From IMG/VR virus record IMGVR_UViG_3300029288_000082, positions 97,120-161,119 of that record: 64,000 nucleotides of DNA. One strand, written 5' to 3'. Position 1 is the stretch's first letter; each line of letters opens with the position of its first letter. Of the stretch, positions 19,647-28,496 are shown one piece after another. Below the pieces are notes generated by a model, which had not been told where the DNA came from, did no database searches, and saw only the letters and a program-made list of their open reading frames with translations. The DNA comes from a virus (taxonomy: Duplodnaviria > Caudoviricetes). Position numbers and translations under genes: made by a program.

Positions 19647-19826
19647 CTATTCGCCCTCGCAGGGGCAGATGTCCACGTGGCCCTGGGCCGCGAGATCGTT
19701 GATCACGTCCACGGCATCGTCCAGGTCGGCCTCGCGGGAGGCCAGCCGCCGGTGCAACAGCTCGTTCTCGATGGCCCCCAGCGAGTGGTTCAGCGTCCGC
19801 AGCTTCTCATCCTGTGTCGTCGGCAT
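19647..19826 (-). CDS. Small hypothetical protein (59 aa)
   Basis: GAGGAGG RBS; MPTTQDEKLRTLNHSLGAIENELL...CPCEGE*. Confidence 0.55.
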   Translation of the reverse strand: MPTTQDEKLRTLNHSLGAIENELLHRRLASREADLDDAVDVINDLAAQGHVDICPCEGE

Positions 19827-19853
19827 CCTAGAACCTCCTCTGTGTCTTCTGCG

Positions 19854-20717
19854 CTACCGTCTCGGTACGAAGGGCGCCAGCTCCGCCATGAAGGGCGCAC
19901 CCGCGCGCAACTGGTCCATACTAATCCGGTCTTCGACATCTGGCAAGACGAAGACGTTCTCGCGCCCCGTTTCCACATAGCGCTCCAAGCGCCGGAGAGC
20001 ATCCGGCACGGCGTTCAGCGTCTCCACGATGGCCGGCCGCCAGTGCGCGCGGGGCGCGTCGCCGTCCAGGCCGAACTCCCGGCGCAGCACGGCATGGGCC
20101 AGGTCCTGCTGCACCTCGATGCGCTGGCCGCCCACCGTGCGCTCCAGCTTGGGGCTCTTCGCCCCCGCCTCCAGCAGCTCCGCCAGGATGCGCTCGCGCT
20201 GGCCCTGGATCCGGCGCGTCAACGCCTGGATCTCGTCGGGACGCGCCGTCCGCAGGATCACCCGGGCGTCATTGGGCGCCAGCTGCACCGGCAGCAGCTC
20301 CGCAGGCCAGGGCCCCCAGCGCGTCAGCACGCTCACCCAGCCGGGCGACGCCGAGTGCGGCCGCACGTAGAGGGCGCTCCGGGGCGCCTGCCCCTCCGCC
20401 AGCACGGCCGTCTGGTGGGCGAAGTAGATCGCCACCGCGTCCTCGTCCTGGTCACCGCCCTGCACCAGGGCGATGCGCAGGTCCTCCGCGTAGCGCTGGT
20501 CCGTGCCGTTGAGGTGCACCTCGGGCGCGTGCGCCCGCAGGCGATCGCGCAGGAAGCCGGCCAGGGACAGCAGGAAGAGGTAGCGCCCCCGATCCACGCG
20601 CTCGGGCAGGTGCGCCACCACCCGGTTGTAGGTCTCCACCGTCTCCCGTAGCGGGTAGACCGCGGGCGCCGTGGACATCGTAGCCAGCGGGGGGCGGCGG
20701 TAGCGGACACGCTGCAT
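19854..20717 (-). CDS. Neck / tail-completion protein (putative)
   Basis: REFG...PRAHWRPAI motif typical of head-tail joining proteins; position upstream of the tail terminator. Confidence 0.55.
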   Translation of the reverse strand: MQRVRYRRPPLATMSTAPAVYPLRETVETYNRVVAHLPERVDRGRYLFLLSLAGFLRDRLRAHAPEVHLNGTDQRYAEDLRIALVQGGDQDEDAVAIYFAHQTAVLAEGQAPRSALYVRPHSASPGWVSVLTRWGPWPAELLPVQLAPNDARVILRTARPDEIQALTRRIQGQRERILAELLEAGAKSPKLERTVGGQRIEVQQDLAHAVLRREFGLDGDAPRAHWRPAIVETLNAVPDALRRLERYVETGRENVFVLPDVEDRISMDQLRAGAPFMAELAPFVPRR

Positions 20718-22790
20718 GCCCCCAGGATAGCACGGGGGCGCGCTGCTGGCGACTCTACTTGAGGGCGGCGCGGGACAGCTCCTCGATATCCCGCAGGTGC
20801 CCGATGATGATCTGGTCGTCCGTCTCGATGGACTGCACGACCGCCGCGTGCGCGTGCGCGTTCACCTCGCGCAGCGCCACCATCAACCGCTCGACCTCGG
20901 CCCGCAGTTGCCCGGCGTCTTCGAACGAGGCGGCTTCAAGGTCACTCTCACTTTTCAGCGCCTCGTCGCGTTCGGCGGTCAGGCGGGCAACCTCGGCCTC
21001 CAGTTCGGCGATGCGCTTCGCCTGACGACTTTCCTGGACCCGCTCCAGACTTTCCTCACGCGCCTTCCGGCTTTCCTCGCCGGCTTGAGACGCGGCTAAC
21101 CTGCCGTATTTCCAGGGCTTCAATCCTCGGCACGGTCGTTGCTCTGCGCTCATCTCGACCTCCATACCGCTTCGGCCGCCGCCGCGTCGTACTGGGCACA
21201 CTCCGCGCACCGGTACCAGCCCGTGCCTGCGCAATTGCGAGCAATGCCCACGGCTTCGACGCGCCCAGCTGGGACGAAGCACGGCTCGCCCTCCTCCCCC
21301 TTCCCCGCGAGGGCGGCGCGGGCCCATCCCGCTGCGTCTTCACACTTGGTTTCGCACTCGATCACGGTTAGCGTTTTTCTCAGCCGCTCGTTCTCGGCCA
21401 GCGCCTCGTCGCGCTCGCGGATCAACTGCGGCACCATCTTACCAATAAACCGTCGGCAATGGTCTCCAGGTGCGGCGCCAAGCATCTTGGCAAGCGCCTG
21501 TATATTCCACTCGCGTTCGACTCGCAGCGCCTCCCCCTTCCATCTATCAAGCCGGTCTACCTCTGCTACCGCCCGCCGTGCCGCGTCCTCGGCGTCCATC
21601 GGACCCTCGGCCCCCACCGCCCCGATCAGGATCTGCGCCGTCGTCCGGAGGCGTTCCCGCAGTTGATCGATCTGCCCCAGCAGGCACGCCTCGCAGGCGT
21701 AGTACGGATCGCCTTCGCCCATCGGCACCCCGTTCACGTGCGGGACGTTGCTGCGCTTGTGCAGCGCGACGAGCATGTGGTCCTTCCCGTGCCGGGCGCA
21801 CTCGTTTGGCGGGGTGATCACCTGGATGAAGTTGATCTCGTCGCTCATGGCATTCCTCCCTCATCCTCAACCAGCCCGCGCTGGCGCAGTTCTTCCCACG
21901 CCGGCTTGCACACGACAGGATCACCGGACCGCGGCCCGCGCGGCACCGGCTGGTGCGCGCAGGTGCTCCCCCGCGCTGGGGCCCACGAGAAGTGGGGGCA
22001 CTTGTTGGGCGCGATCCCCTGCACCAGCGCCATGCAGCCCTCCCCGCTGTGCTCCCGGATCAGCAGATCCTGCTCGCGGCGGAGATCATCGATGCGCCTC
22101 TGTAGCTCGCGCAGGCGCGCCTCGCGCGACGACTCCCATCGGTGCTGGAGGGCCGCGCCCTTCAGCTCCCGTCTCTTCCGCTTCGGGGTCTTCCCCGCGC
22201 GTCCCCGCCGCAGCATCCAATAGCGAACGGCATCGCTCGGATCCCCCCAGTCCTCAAACGCGGCCAACCGGCTGTCCCGTGTCGTGGCACGCCAGCACCG
22301 CCGCACCGCCGCAACGATCTCCGCCTGGTGGTCGGGCCCCTCATCGCCGTCCCCCCAGCGCCGATAGTAGGCGGCCAGGATCTCTGCATCAGTCACTTTG
22401 GCTTCCATGCTTCCTCTTGTTCCTTTGAGCGCACACGTGTTCGCTGGGATCGACGATCTGGCGCTGGGCCTCGCGGGCCTTCCGCGCCAGCTCGGCCCGG
22501 GCATCATCCAGGGCGCGGCACTTGCCGCAGGCCCCGCAAGCGCGCCCGTCGTCCCGCACATCAGCCCTCCTGCTCGAACCGATCCGCCTGTTCCCGGAGC
22601 GCGCCCGCGATCGTGCGCCGCTCCGACGTGTTCAGCGCCGCCGGGGCCACCGCGCGGAGCACCTGGATCGCATGCACGGCCATGCGCGCGGGAGCTTCGC
22701 GCGCCCCCGGCTCCGCCAGGATCTGCGCGACATCCTCGGGCCCCACCTCCACCTCCACCTCGTGGTCGATCGTCACCCACCGGCGCACCT

Positions 22791-23084
22791 TCATGGAGCC
22801 CTCCTTCCTATCCGCGCCCTGTCCGCCTCCGTGACGAGCCGCGCACACTGCCCCGACACGAGGTACCGCATCACCAGCAGATCCCGCTGGCGCGCCGACA
22901 GCCGCGCCGGGCAGTCCCCCGATCCGCCCACACAGGGGGCCACTGGGTAGAAGCAGTCCGCCCGGGCCTCAGCCAGATCCGCTGCGCGCGCGTCCCCAGA
23001 GGCCAGCGCCGACACGTCCGCGGCCTCGGGGGCACACCCGAGCAGCAGCGCCCCGAAAATCCACGCGATCGTCCGCATCTTCAT
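22791..23084 (-). CDS. Putative lipoprotein
   Basis: MKMRTIAWIFGALLLGC signal peptide with lipobox; Cys-rich body. Confidence 0.6.
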   Translation of the reverse strand: MKMRTIAWIFGALLLGCAPEAADVSALASGDARAADLAEARADCFYPVAPCVGGSGDCPARLSARQRDLLVMRYLVSGQCARLVTEADRARIGRRAP

Positions 23085-23530
23085 CCCTCCTGTAAGTTGG
23101 GGTGCGCCAGATCCCCCCATCCTCGGCAATCCGGGCACACCGTGATCGGCCGGTTGCCCCACGCGCTCCCGCCCGGCAGCAGGTGGTGGCCATCGTCCGG
23201 GTAGCCCAGCTCCCCGTGGGCGTCGCAGCGCGAGCACGGGCGCACCTTGCCTTCCCGGCGCAGCAGAGCCTGCGCGGCAGGCTGGTAGTGCAGCAACTGG
23301 ATCGCCACCGTGCGCAGCGCCAGGATGCGCTCGGGGGGCACGGGCTCCGGGCAGATCCACTCCCAGCAGCGTGGCGCCTCGCCATCCAGTACTACGCTGA
23401 ACACGTAGTTGCCACCCATCAGCACCGCCGAGTCGAACTGGGCGGTGAAGTAGGTGCCGGCCCGAAAGCCATCCCGCAGGATCAGATCGGCCGCCTCCGC
23501 AGATGTCCCGTGATGCAGTATGTGCATCAC
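23081..23530 (-). CDS. Putative ADP-ribosyltransferase-fold protein with C-terminal Cys pairs
   Basis: LHHGTS...ILRDGF..GTYFT resembles the HGT/YFT motifs of PARP-like ARTs; CSRC...CPDC. Confidence 0.45.
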   Translation of the reverse strand: MMHILHHGTSAEAADLILRDGFRAGTYFTAQFDSAVLMGGNYVFSVVLDGEAPRCWEWICPEPVPPERILALRTVAIQLLHYQPAAQALLRREGKVRPCSRCDAHGELGYPDDGHHLLPGGSAWGNRPITVCPDCRGWGDLAHPNLQEG

Positions 23531-24820
23531 TCACTTCTCCACTGCGAGGGCGACGCTGGCGATGCTGATCGCCTTCTTTTTTCCCATCGCGTAGTTCCAG
23601 TCGGGATCATCGCATGGCGAATCCAGCATTGCCAGGCCCTTGCTCGGCGCGTATCTGTCCACCACTTTCTGATCCATGTCCGTCCAGGTTGCGACAATAT
23701 GGTTTAGTGCAGCTGTCAGCCGCTCGACCTTTTCCCGCGTTGTGCTGGCCTTCCCGGCGGTGATGCTGAGATTGTCCTCCAACTCGACCACCCGAGCCTT
23801 CATCCGCTCGACCTCGGCACGGAGCGAGGCACGTTCCTCGTCCATCCGATCCACCTCGTCTGCGGACATGATGCATTCGCACCTGATTGGACTCATTTTT
23901 TCGCTCATCTCTCACTCCTTCCCCGCAAAGTCGGCAACACCTTCCGCTGCTATAATTCGCAGCACACCGTACTCGCCCAACCCCTCGATGCGCTGCACGA
24001 TGCATGCGCCACACAGCATCCCCGCGCCAGGTTCCTTGCCCGCGGGCCGGATGCGATCCCACAGCACATCGGGCAGGTCGATGTCCACCCGATAGCGATG
24101 CCCGCACTCCTGACATGTGCAGCTCACGGTCTATCCTTCCCCGCGAGGGCGGCTCGGACCAGTCGCCCGATGTGCTCGTCGCTGTACCGGCCGTCGTTGA
24201 TCTTGGCGGAAAGATCCCCAAGTACCTCGCTCACCGTGCCACGCAGCACCACGTCCAGATCCTCTTTCAGCCGTTCGAGGAACTGCTCGGGGCCATCGTC
24301 GCTCGACAGCAGATAGTCGATGCGCCGGACGAACACGTGTGCGCAGCGAAGGCACGCCACGCCCTCCCTGAACCGCGCGAGGACCTCCGCCGGATAGTGG
24401 CGCCCCTTGTGATCCCCGTACCGGTTCACCTCCGTCGAGTCGTTCTCCGCGATCACCTGCTCGATCTCGTCGGCGATCAGGTAGTAAGGCGTGTCGCCAA
24501 AGTGGCCCCCGCTCATCGGCGCACCTCCGTCCCGTACCGCACGAGGTAGTCCGCCTCGTTGTCCGCGCGCCCCTGCGGGTACGTCGAGGATCCGTGGTTG
24601 TCGAAGATCCGGTCCTTGCGGTTGATCCGCCCGCGCAGCTCGTACCCGCTCCGGAACGTGTGATGCCAGTTCTGGGCCGCCTCGGGGTCGGCGTGCGTGT
24701 ACTCGCCGCTGCGCTGATCCATCCACTGCAGCAGTTCCTTGCGACTCAGGAATTTTTTGACGACCGTCTGCGGGTTGCGCAGGTCCGTTGATTTCTCAAC
24801 TCCGTACAGCATCTCTCCTC

Positions 24821-25195
24821 CTACTCCTCCGGGGTAGCAGACGGTCCACCTCGAACACAACGAGCATGGCTGCGTCGCGTCTTGTCGTAGAAGTCCACGC
24901 TGCCGTTGTTGAAGTGCACGTACCAAGCGTAGGACGTGGACGCAGCACGGGGCAGCGACGACGACCAGAACCACTCGGACGGTTGGTCCGGAAACTCAGA
25001 TGCAGGAGCGACTTGCTTGAAGTCGATCAGCGTGACCAGCTCCTCGATGGTCGGCAGTCGCCATCCGTCTCCGAGCTTCGCGGCATAGGTCATGGCCTCG
25101 TCCCACGACAGATCCGTGGCGTAGTCCGTGCGCCATTCGAGGCCGGTACTCGTGTCCCTGATCGTAGCATGGGTGGTCGCCTGGAATCGCTCCAT
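24821..25195 (-). CDS. DUF1566 (Lcl C-terminal, CLec-fold) protein
   Basis: DTSTGLEW, SWDEA..YA, GWRLPTIEEL, FWSSS, AWYVHFNNG and ARCVR motifs. Confidence 0.85.
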   Translation of the reverse strand: MERFQATTHATIRDTSTGLEWRTDYATDLSWDEAMTYAAKLGDGWRLPTIEELVTLIDFKQVAPASEFPDQPSEWFWSSSLPRAASTSYAWYVHFNNGSVDFYDKTRRSHARCVRGGPSATPEE

Positions 25196-25785
25196 CGTCC
25201 TACTCCTCTCTCGGCTCGCGCCGCCGCTCCGTCGTCCACGTTGCCTCGGTCGCGGGCAGCACCTCGCCCGCCTTGCGCTCCGTCACGAACGGGCACCAGT
25301 GCGGCGGGTTTGCGGTTTCAGCGCACTGGATCATGCACGGGCCGCTAACCATGCCGAAATCATCGCACTGGTAGCAAAAAAACGTCCGCATCGCGCCTCC
25401 TCCTACGTGGTCGCGGGGGTCAGCGGCCCCCGCCACAGCACCAGCACGCGGTTCATGCCCCGGAAGCTGGCCGGGGACAAGCCCGGCCCCGACGCCGTCC
25501 GGTAGATGCGCCGGTCGCACGCCTCGATCGCGCCGGTCACGCGGACCACCTCCGGCTCGCGCGCCGTGACGATGCCCCCGTAGGCGTCCAGAGCATCCTC
25601 GACCACCCACGCCCAGAAGTAGCCCTGCGCCCCCTCCTCCACGTCGGGCACCGCCGCCAGACGCCACCCCGCGATGCCAACCTTCGTCTCCATGCGTTCT
25701 CCCCTTCCGCGCGTCCCACCGCGCTGCCTCGCCCGGCCCCCACGCCGCGCGAGCACCCCCATCTTAGCACACACGATCGCGTTTG

Positions 25786-26189
25786 TCAACCCTCGGGATC
25801 CTCCCCCTCGGGGTCCCGGTCCCGGCCCAGCCCCCGCAACGGCATCTGCCGCACGCCCACAACCCGCTTCCTGTCCCGCAACGCCAGCTGCATCTGCAGC
25901 CGCGCGATGGCCCGGTCCCGGTCCGCCAACGCCGCCTCCAGCTCCCGCACCCGCTCCCGCAGCGTCGGCGCCCGCGCCGCCCCCACCGCCGCGTCCACCA
26001 CCACCCGCGGCGCCACCAGCACCTCCGCCCCCCGCCCGCTCCCCGTCTTCCGCCGCGCCCCCGTCGCCACCACCAGCCCCAGCCGCTTCAGCTCCCAGAT
26101 CCGCGGGCTCGCCGTCTGGTGCGACAGCTTCAGCGCCTGCTCCACCTCCCAACACGTCGCCCCCCCCCCACACCCGTGCACGTGCCGGG
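25786..26189 (-). CDS. Winged-helix DNA-binding protein with coiled-coil tail; 5' end interrupted by the tnpB element
   Basis: GATCWEVEQALKLSHQTASPRIWELKRLGLVVATGARRKTGSGR. Removing the element restores ATG GGT ACC CGG CAC in frame. Confidence 0.65.
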
Positions 26190-26191
26190 TA

Positions 26192-27449
26192 GTGGCCTGT
26201 TTTGAAGCGCCGTGCGCCCTGCGAACAGTGTGGTCCGTTCCTGGGCTCACGACTCGGCCTTCGCGGATCCTGGCCGTCCTCCAGACCGAGGCGCGGCTCC
26301 CCGCTGGCTCCTACCGAGCCATACGATGTTCCTTGCTGCATTCAGGTCCCGATCCAGGACCAGCCCGCATGATGGGCACCGGTGCACGCGCGTCGCCAAT
26401 GACTTCGGCACCAGAGCGCCGCACCCGCTGCACCCCTGTGACGTCCCACGTGGGTCCACTCCCACCACCTCGCGCCCAGCCTCTTCCGCTTTGACGCGAA
26501 GCCAGTGTAGGAAGGAACCCCACCCGGCGTCATGTACAGATCGCGCTAGCCGCCCCGTGGCCATCCCGCGAATGTTCAGATCCTCCACGCAGATCACCCC
26601 ATACGTCGCTACCAGCTCCCGCGCCACCTTGATGTGCCCCTCCCGCCGCACGTTGGCCACGTGCTCGTAGCGCCGCGCCAGCAGCAGCACCGCCGCCCGG
26701 CGCCGCTGGCTACCCCGCTTCCGGCGCGCCACCCGCCGCTGTGCTCGGGCAAGCGCCCGCTGTGCTGCCTCCAGCGGCCGCGGGTTCTCGAACACCTCGC
26801 CATCGCTGGTCACCGCGAAGTGCGCCAACCCCAGGTCCACCCCCACGTCGATGGAGGAGGGCGGCAGCGCCTTTCGCGGCACTTCCACGCACGCGAATGT
26901 CACGAACCACCGCCCCCCCGCATCCCGCGTGAGACGCATAGCCTTCGGCACGCCCTCCAGTGGCCGATGCTGCCGGAACTTCACCTTGCCCAGCAACGGA
27001 ACCTGCACCCGCTTGCCGCCCCCGCAGATCGGCACGCGGCCCCCCAGATCCTCGATCATCAACGTGTCCCAGCGATGCGCTCCCCGAAAGCGCGGATACC
27101 CTGGTCGGCCCCCCTGCTTGCACCGCCGGAAGAACCCATGGAACGCCCGCTCTAACCGCACCAGCGCCCCCCGGAGGACCATCACGGGCACCCCCGCAAA
27201 CTCCGGGCACTCCAGGCGCAGCGCGGGCAGCTCCCCCATCTGCGCATAGCAGGAAAGCCCGCGCCGCTGCCGATCCCATGCCTCCCGCCGCTGCTGCAAC
27301 GCAGCGTTGTACAACGCCCGCGTGAGGGCCAACCACGTCTTTAGGATGCGCTGCTGGGCCTGCGTCGGCGCAAGCCGGTATCGGTAGGAACGGACCACGC
27401 TGGTAACATAAGACCGCATTGCTGCGTGTCAACCTCTAAACCCTGCCAC
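26192..27449 (-). mobile_element. Non-autonomous tnpB-only element with short terminal inverted repeats and TA duplication
   Basis: GGG-TA-GTGGC at 26187-26196 and GCCAC-TA-CCC at 27445-27454; contains only tnpB and its promoter. Confidence 0.6.
26247..27398 (-). CDS. tnpB: RNA-guided endonuclease TnpB
   Basis: RSYRYRL N-terminus; RuvC motifs VGVDLGL, VEDL and DRDLNAARNI; CSGC/CPSC Zn finger; D-E-D triad intact. Likely GTG start 7 nt after TTGACA-16-TATGTT (27432-27405). Confidence 0.92.
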   Translation of the reverse strand: MVRSYRYRLAPTQAQQRILKTWLALTRALYNAALQQRREAWDRQRRGLSCYAQMGELPALRLECPEFAGVPVMVLRGALVRLERAFHGFFRRCKQGGRPGYPRFRGAHRWDTLMIEDLGGRVPICGGGKRVQVPLLGKVKFRQHRPLEGVPKAMRLTRDAGGRWFVTFACVEVPRKALPPSSIDVGVDLGLAHFAVTSDGEVFENPRPLEAAQRALARAQRRVARRKRGSQRRRAAVLLLARRYEHVANVRREGHIKVARELVATYGVICVEDLNIRGMATGRLARSVHDAGWGSFLHWLRVKAEEAGREVVGVDPRGTSQGCSGCGALVPKSLATRVHRCPSCGLVLDRDLNAARNIVWLGRSQRGAAPRSGGRPGSAKAES

Positions 27450-27743
27450 TACCCATCCTAGCACACCTATTGCGCGTTTGTCAACAGGTCCAGGCCCGGG
27501 CCCGCGGAAAATCCGGCGTTTGCGTCCGCCCTGCCCGGCAACGTTTTCGGATGGGAGTCGCACCAAGGGGGGTGGCGCGTGTTCTGGTCATTGGTGCGGG
27601 GGAAGGCACGTTTGGGCGTGGGGGGCTTCTGTTCAGGGCGCTGGGGGGGTGGATGCATGGGGCGCGTCCGGCCGCCAGCGTGCCCCGTGGGCGTCCCCTG
27701 GGGGGCACGGAGGCGGGGGCTCGGTCAACGGGGGGCGCGCTCG

Positions 27744-28496
27744 CTAGGGCGTGGGATCGGACGGGGCGCCCTGGGAGAGCGCCGTTCGGCGGCGTCCGTA
27801 GGCGGGGATACCCAGGGCGCGGCGCAGGCGGAACACGACCAGCGGGTGCACGCCAGCGATTCTGGCCACGGCGGAGTCAGACATGGTGCCCAGCAGGGGC
27901 GTGGCCACGGCGCGCCAGAGATGCCAGTACGGGGGGATACCCAGCCGGCGACGCTGCTTGCTGATCACGCTCGCGGACACGCCCTGCTGCTGCGCAAGGT
28001 CTACATCCAGCACCTGGCCGTAGGGCAGGTCCGGCGGCAGATTCGAGGCTAAGGGGCCAGCGCTACCTGGGGGCCAACACGCCGGGATGCCCATGCGCTT
28101 GCGCACCTGGTGCACAGCCTGGCGCGTCACGCCCAGCCGGCGCGCGATCTCCGTGTCCGACACCTGCCCGAGGGGCTGATCATCCCACGGTGGAAGCAGT
28201 ATTGCAGATCGCTTGCAGCGGGGCAGGCCCAGACGCCGCCGGAAGCAGCCCACGGTGCTCACGGACACCCCCACGCGACACGCCACGTCGACATCAGTCA
28301 TCGTGCCGAGCAGAGGCTCCACCTTCGCCTGCCAGGGGGGCACCACCTTCTTCTTCGGATGGTAGCAACGGCGAATGCCCAGCCGGCGCCGGTGGTGGCC
28401 CACGGTGGCACTCGTGCAGCCCAGCTCCCGCGCGATCTCGCGGTCCGGCAGCACGCCCAGGGTCGGCAGCGCCGCCCAGTCCACGGGCACCGTCAT
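27744..28496 (-). CDS. Tandem-repeat HTH DNA-binding protein (5 repeats)
   Basis: Five repeats of LG..sD.eiAr.lGv....V...RrrLGI. Confidence 0.75.
   Translation of the reverse strand: MTVPVDWAALPTLGVLPDREIARELGCTSATVGHHRRRLGIRRCYHPKKKVVPPWQAKVEPLLGTMTDVDVACRVGVSVSTVGCFRRRLGLPRCKRSAILLPPWDDQPLGQVSDTEIARRLGVTRQAVHQVRKRMGIPACWPPGSAGPLASNLPPDLPYGQVLDVDLAQQQGVSASVISKQRRRLGIPPYWHLWRAVATPLLGTMSDSAVARIAGVHPLVVFRLRRALGIPAYGRRRTALSQGAPSDPTP

Larger units (their letters stand above)
20755..25693 (-). other. Accessory cluster of about 13 small, translationally coupled hypothetical genes
   Basis: ORFs 20755-21153, 21150-21848, 21845-22408, 22561-22794, 23531-23908, 24124-24516, 24513-24812 and others, with ATGA overlaps and GGAGG RBSs, downstream of the promoter at 25789. 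Confidence 0.7.

Noticed and set aside
26160-26169. C10 homopolymer as a phase-variation tract
   Set aside because: The wHTH frame is intact through it (Gly-Gly-Gly-Ala), and a single sequence gives no evidence of length variation.
24821-27454. A complete DGR, or a CRISPR-Cas12 locus around tnpB
   Set aside because: No reverse transcriptase, template repeat or repeat-spacer array is visible in the window.
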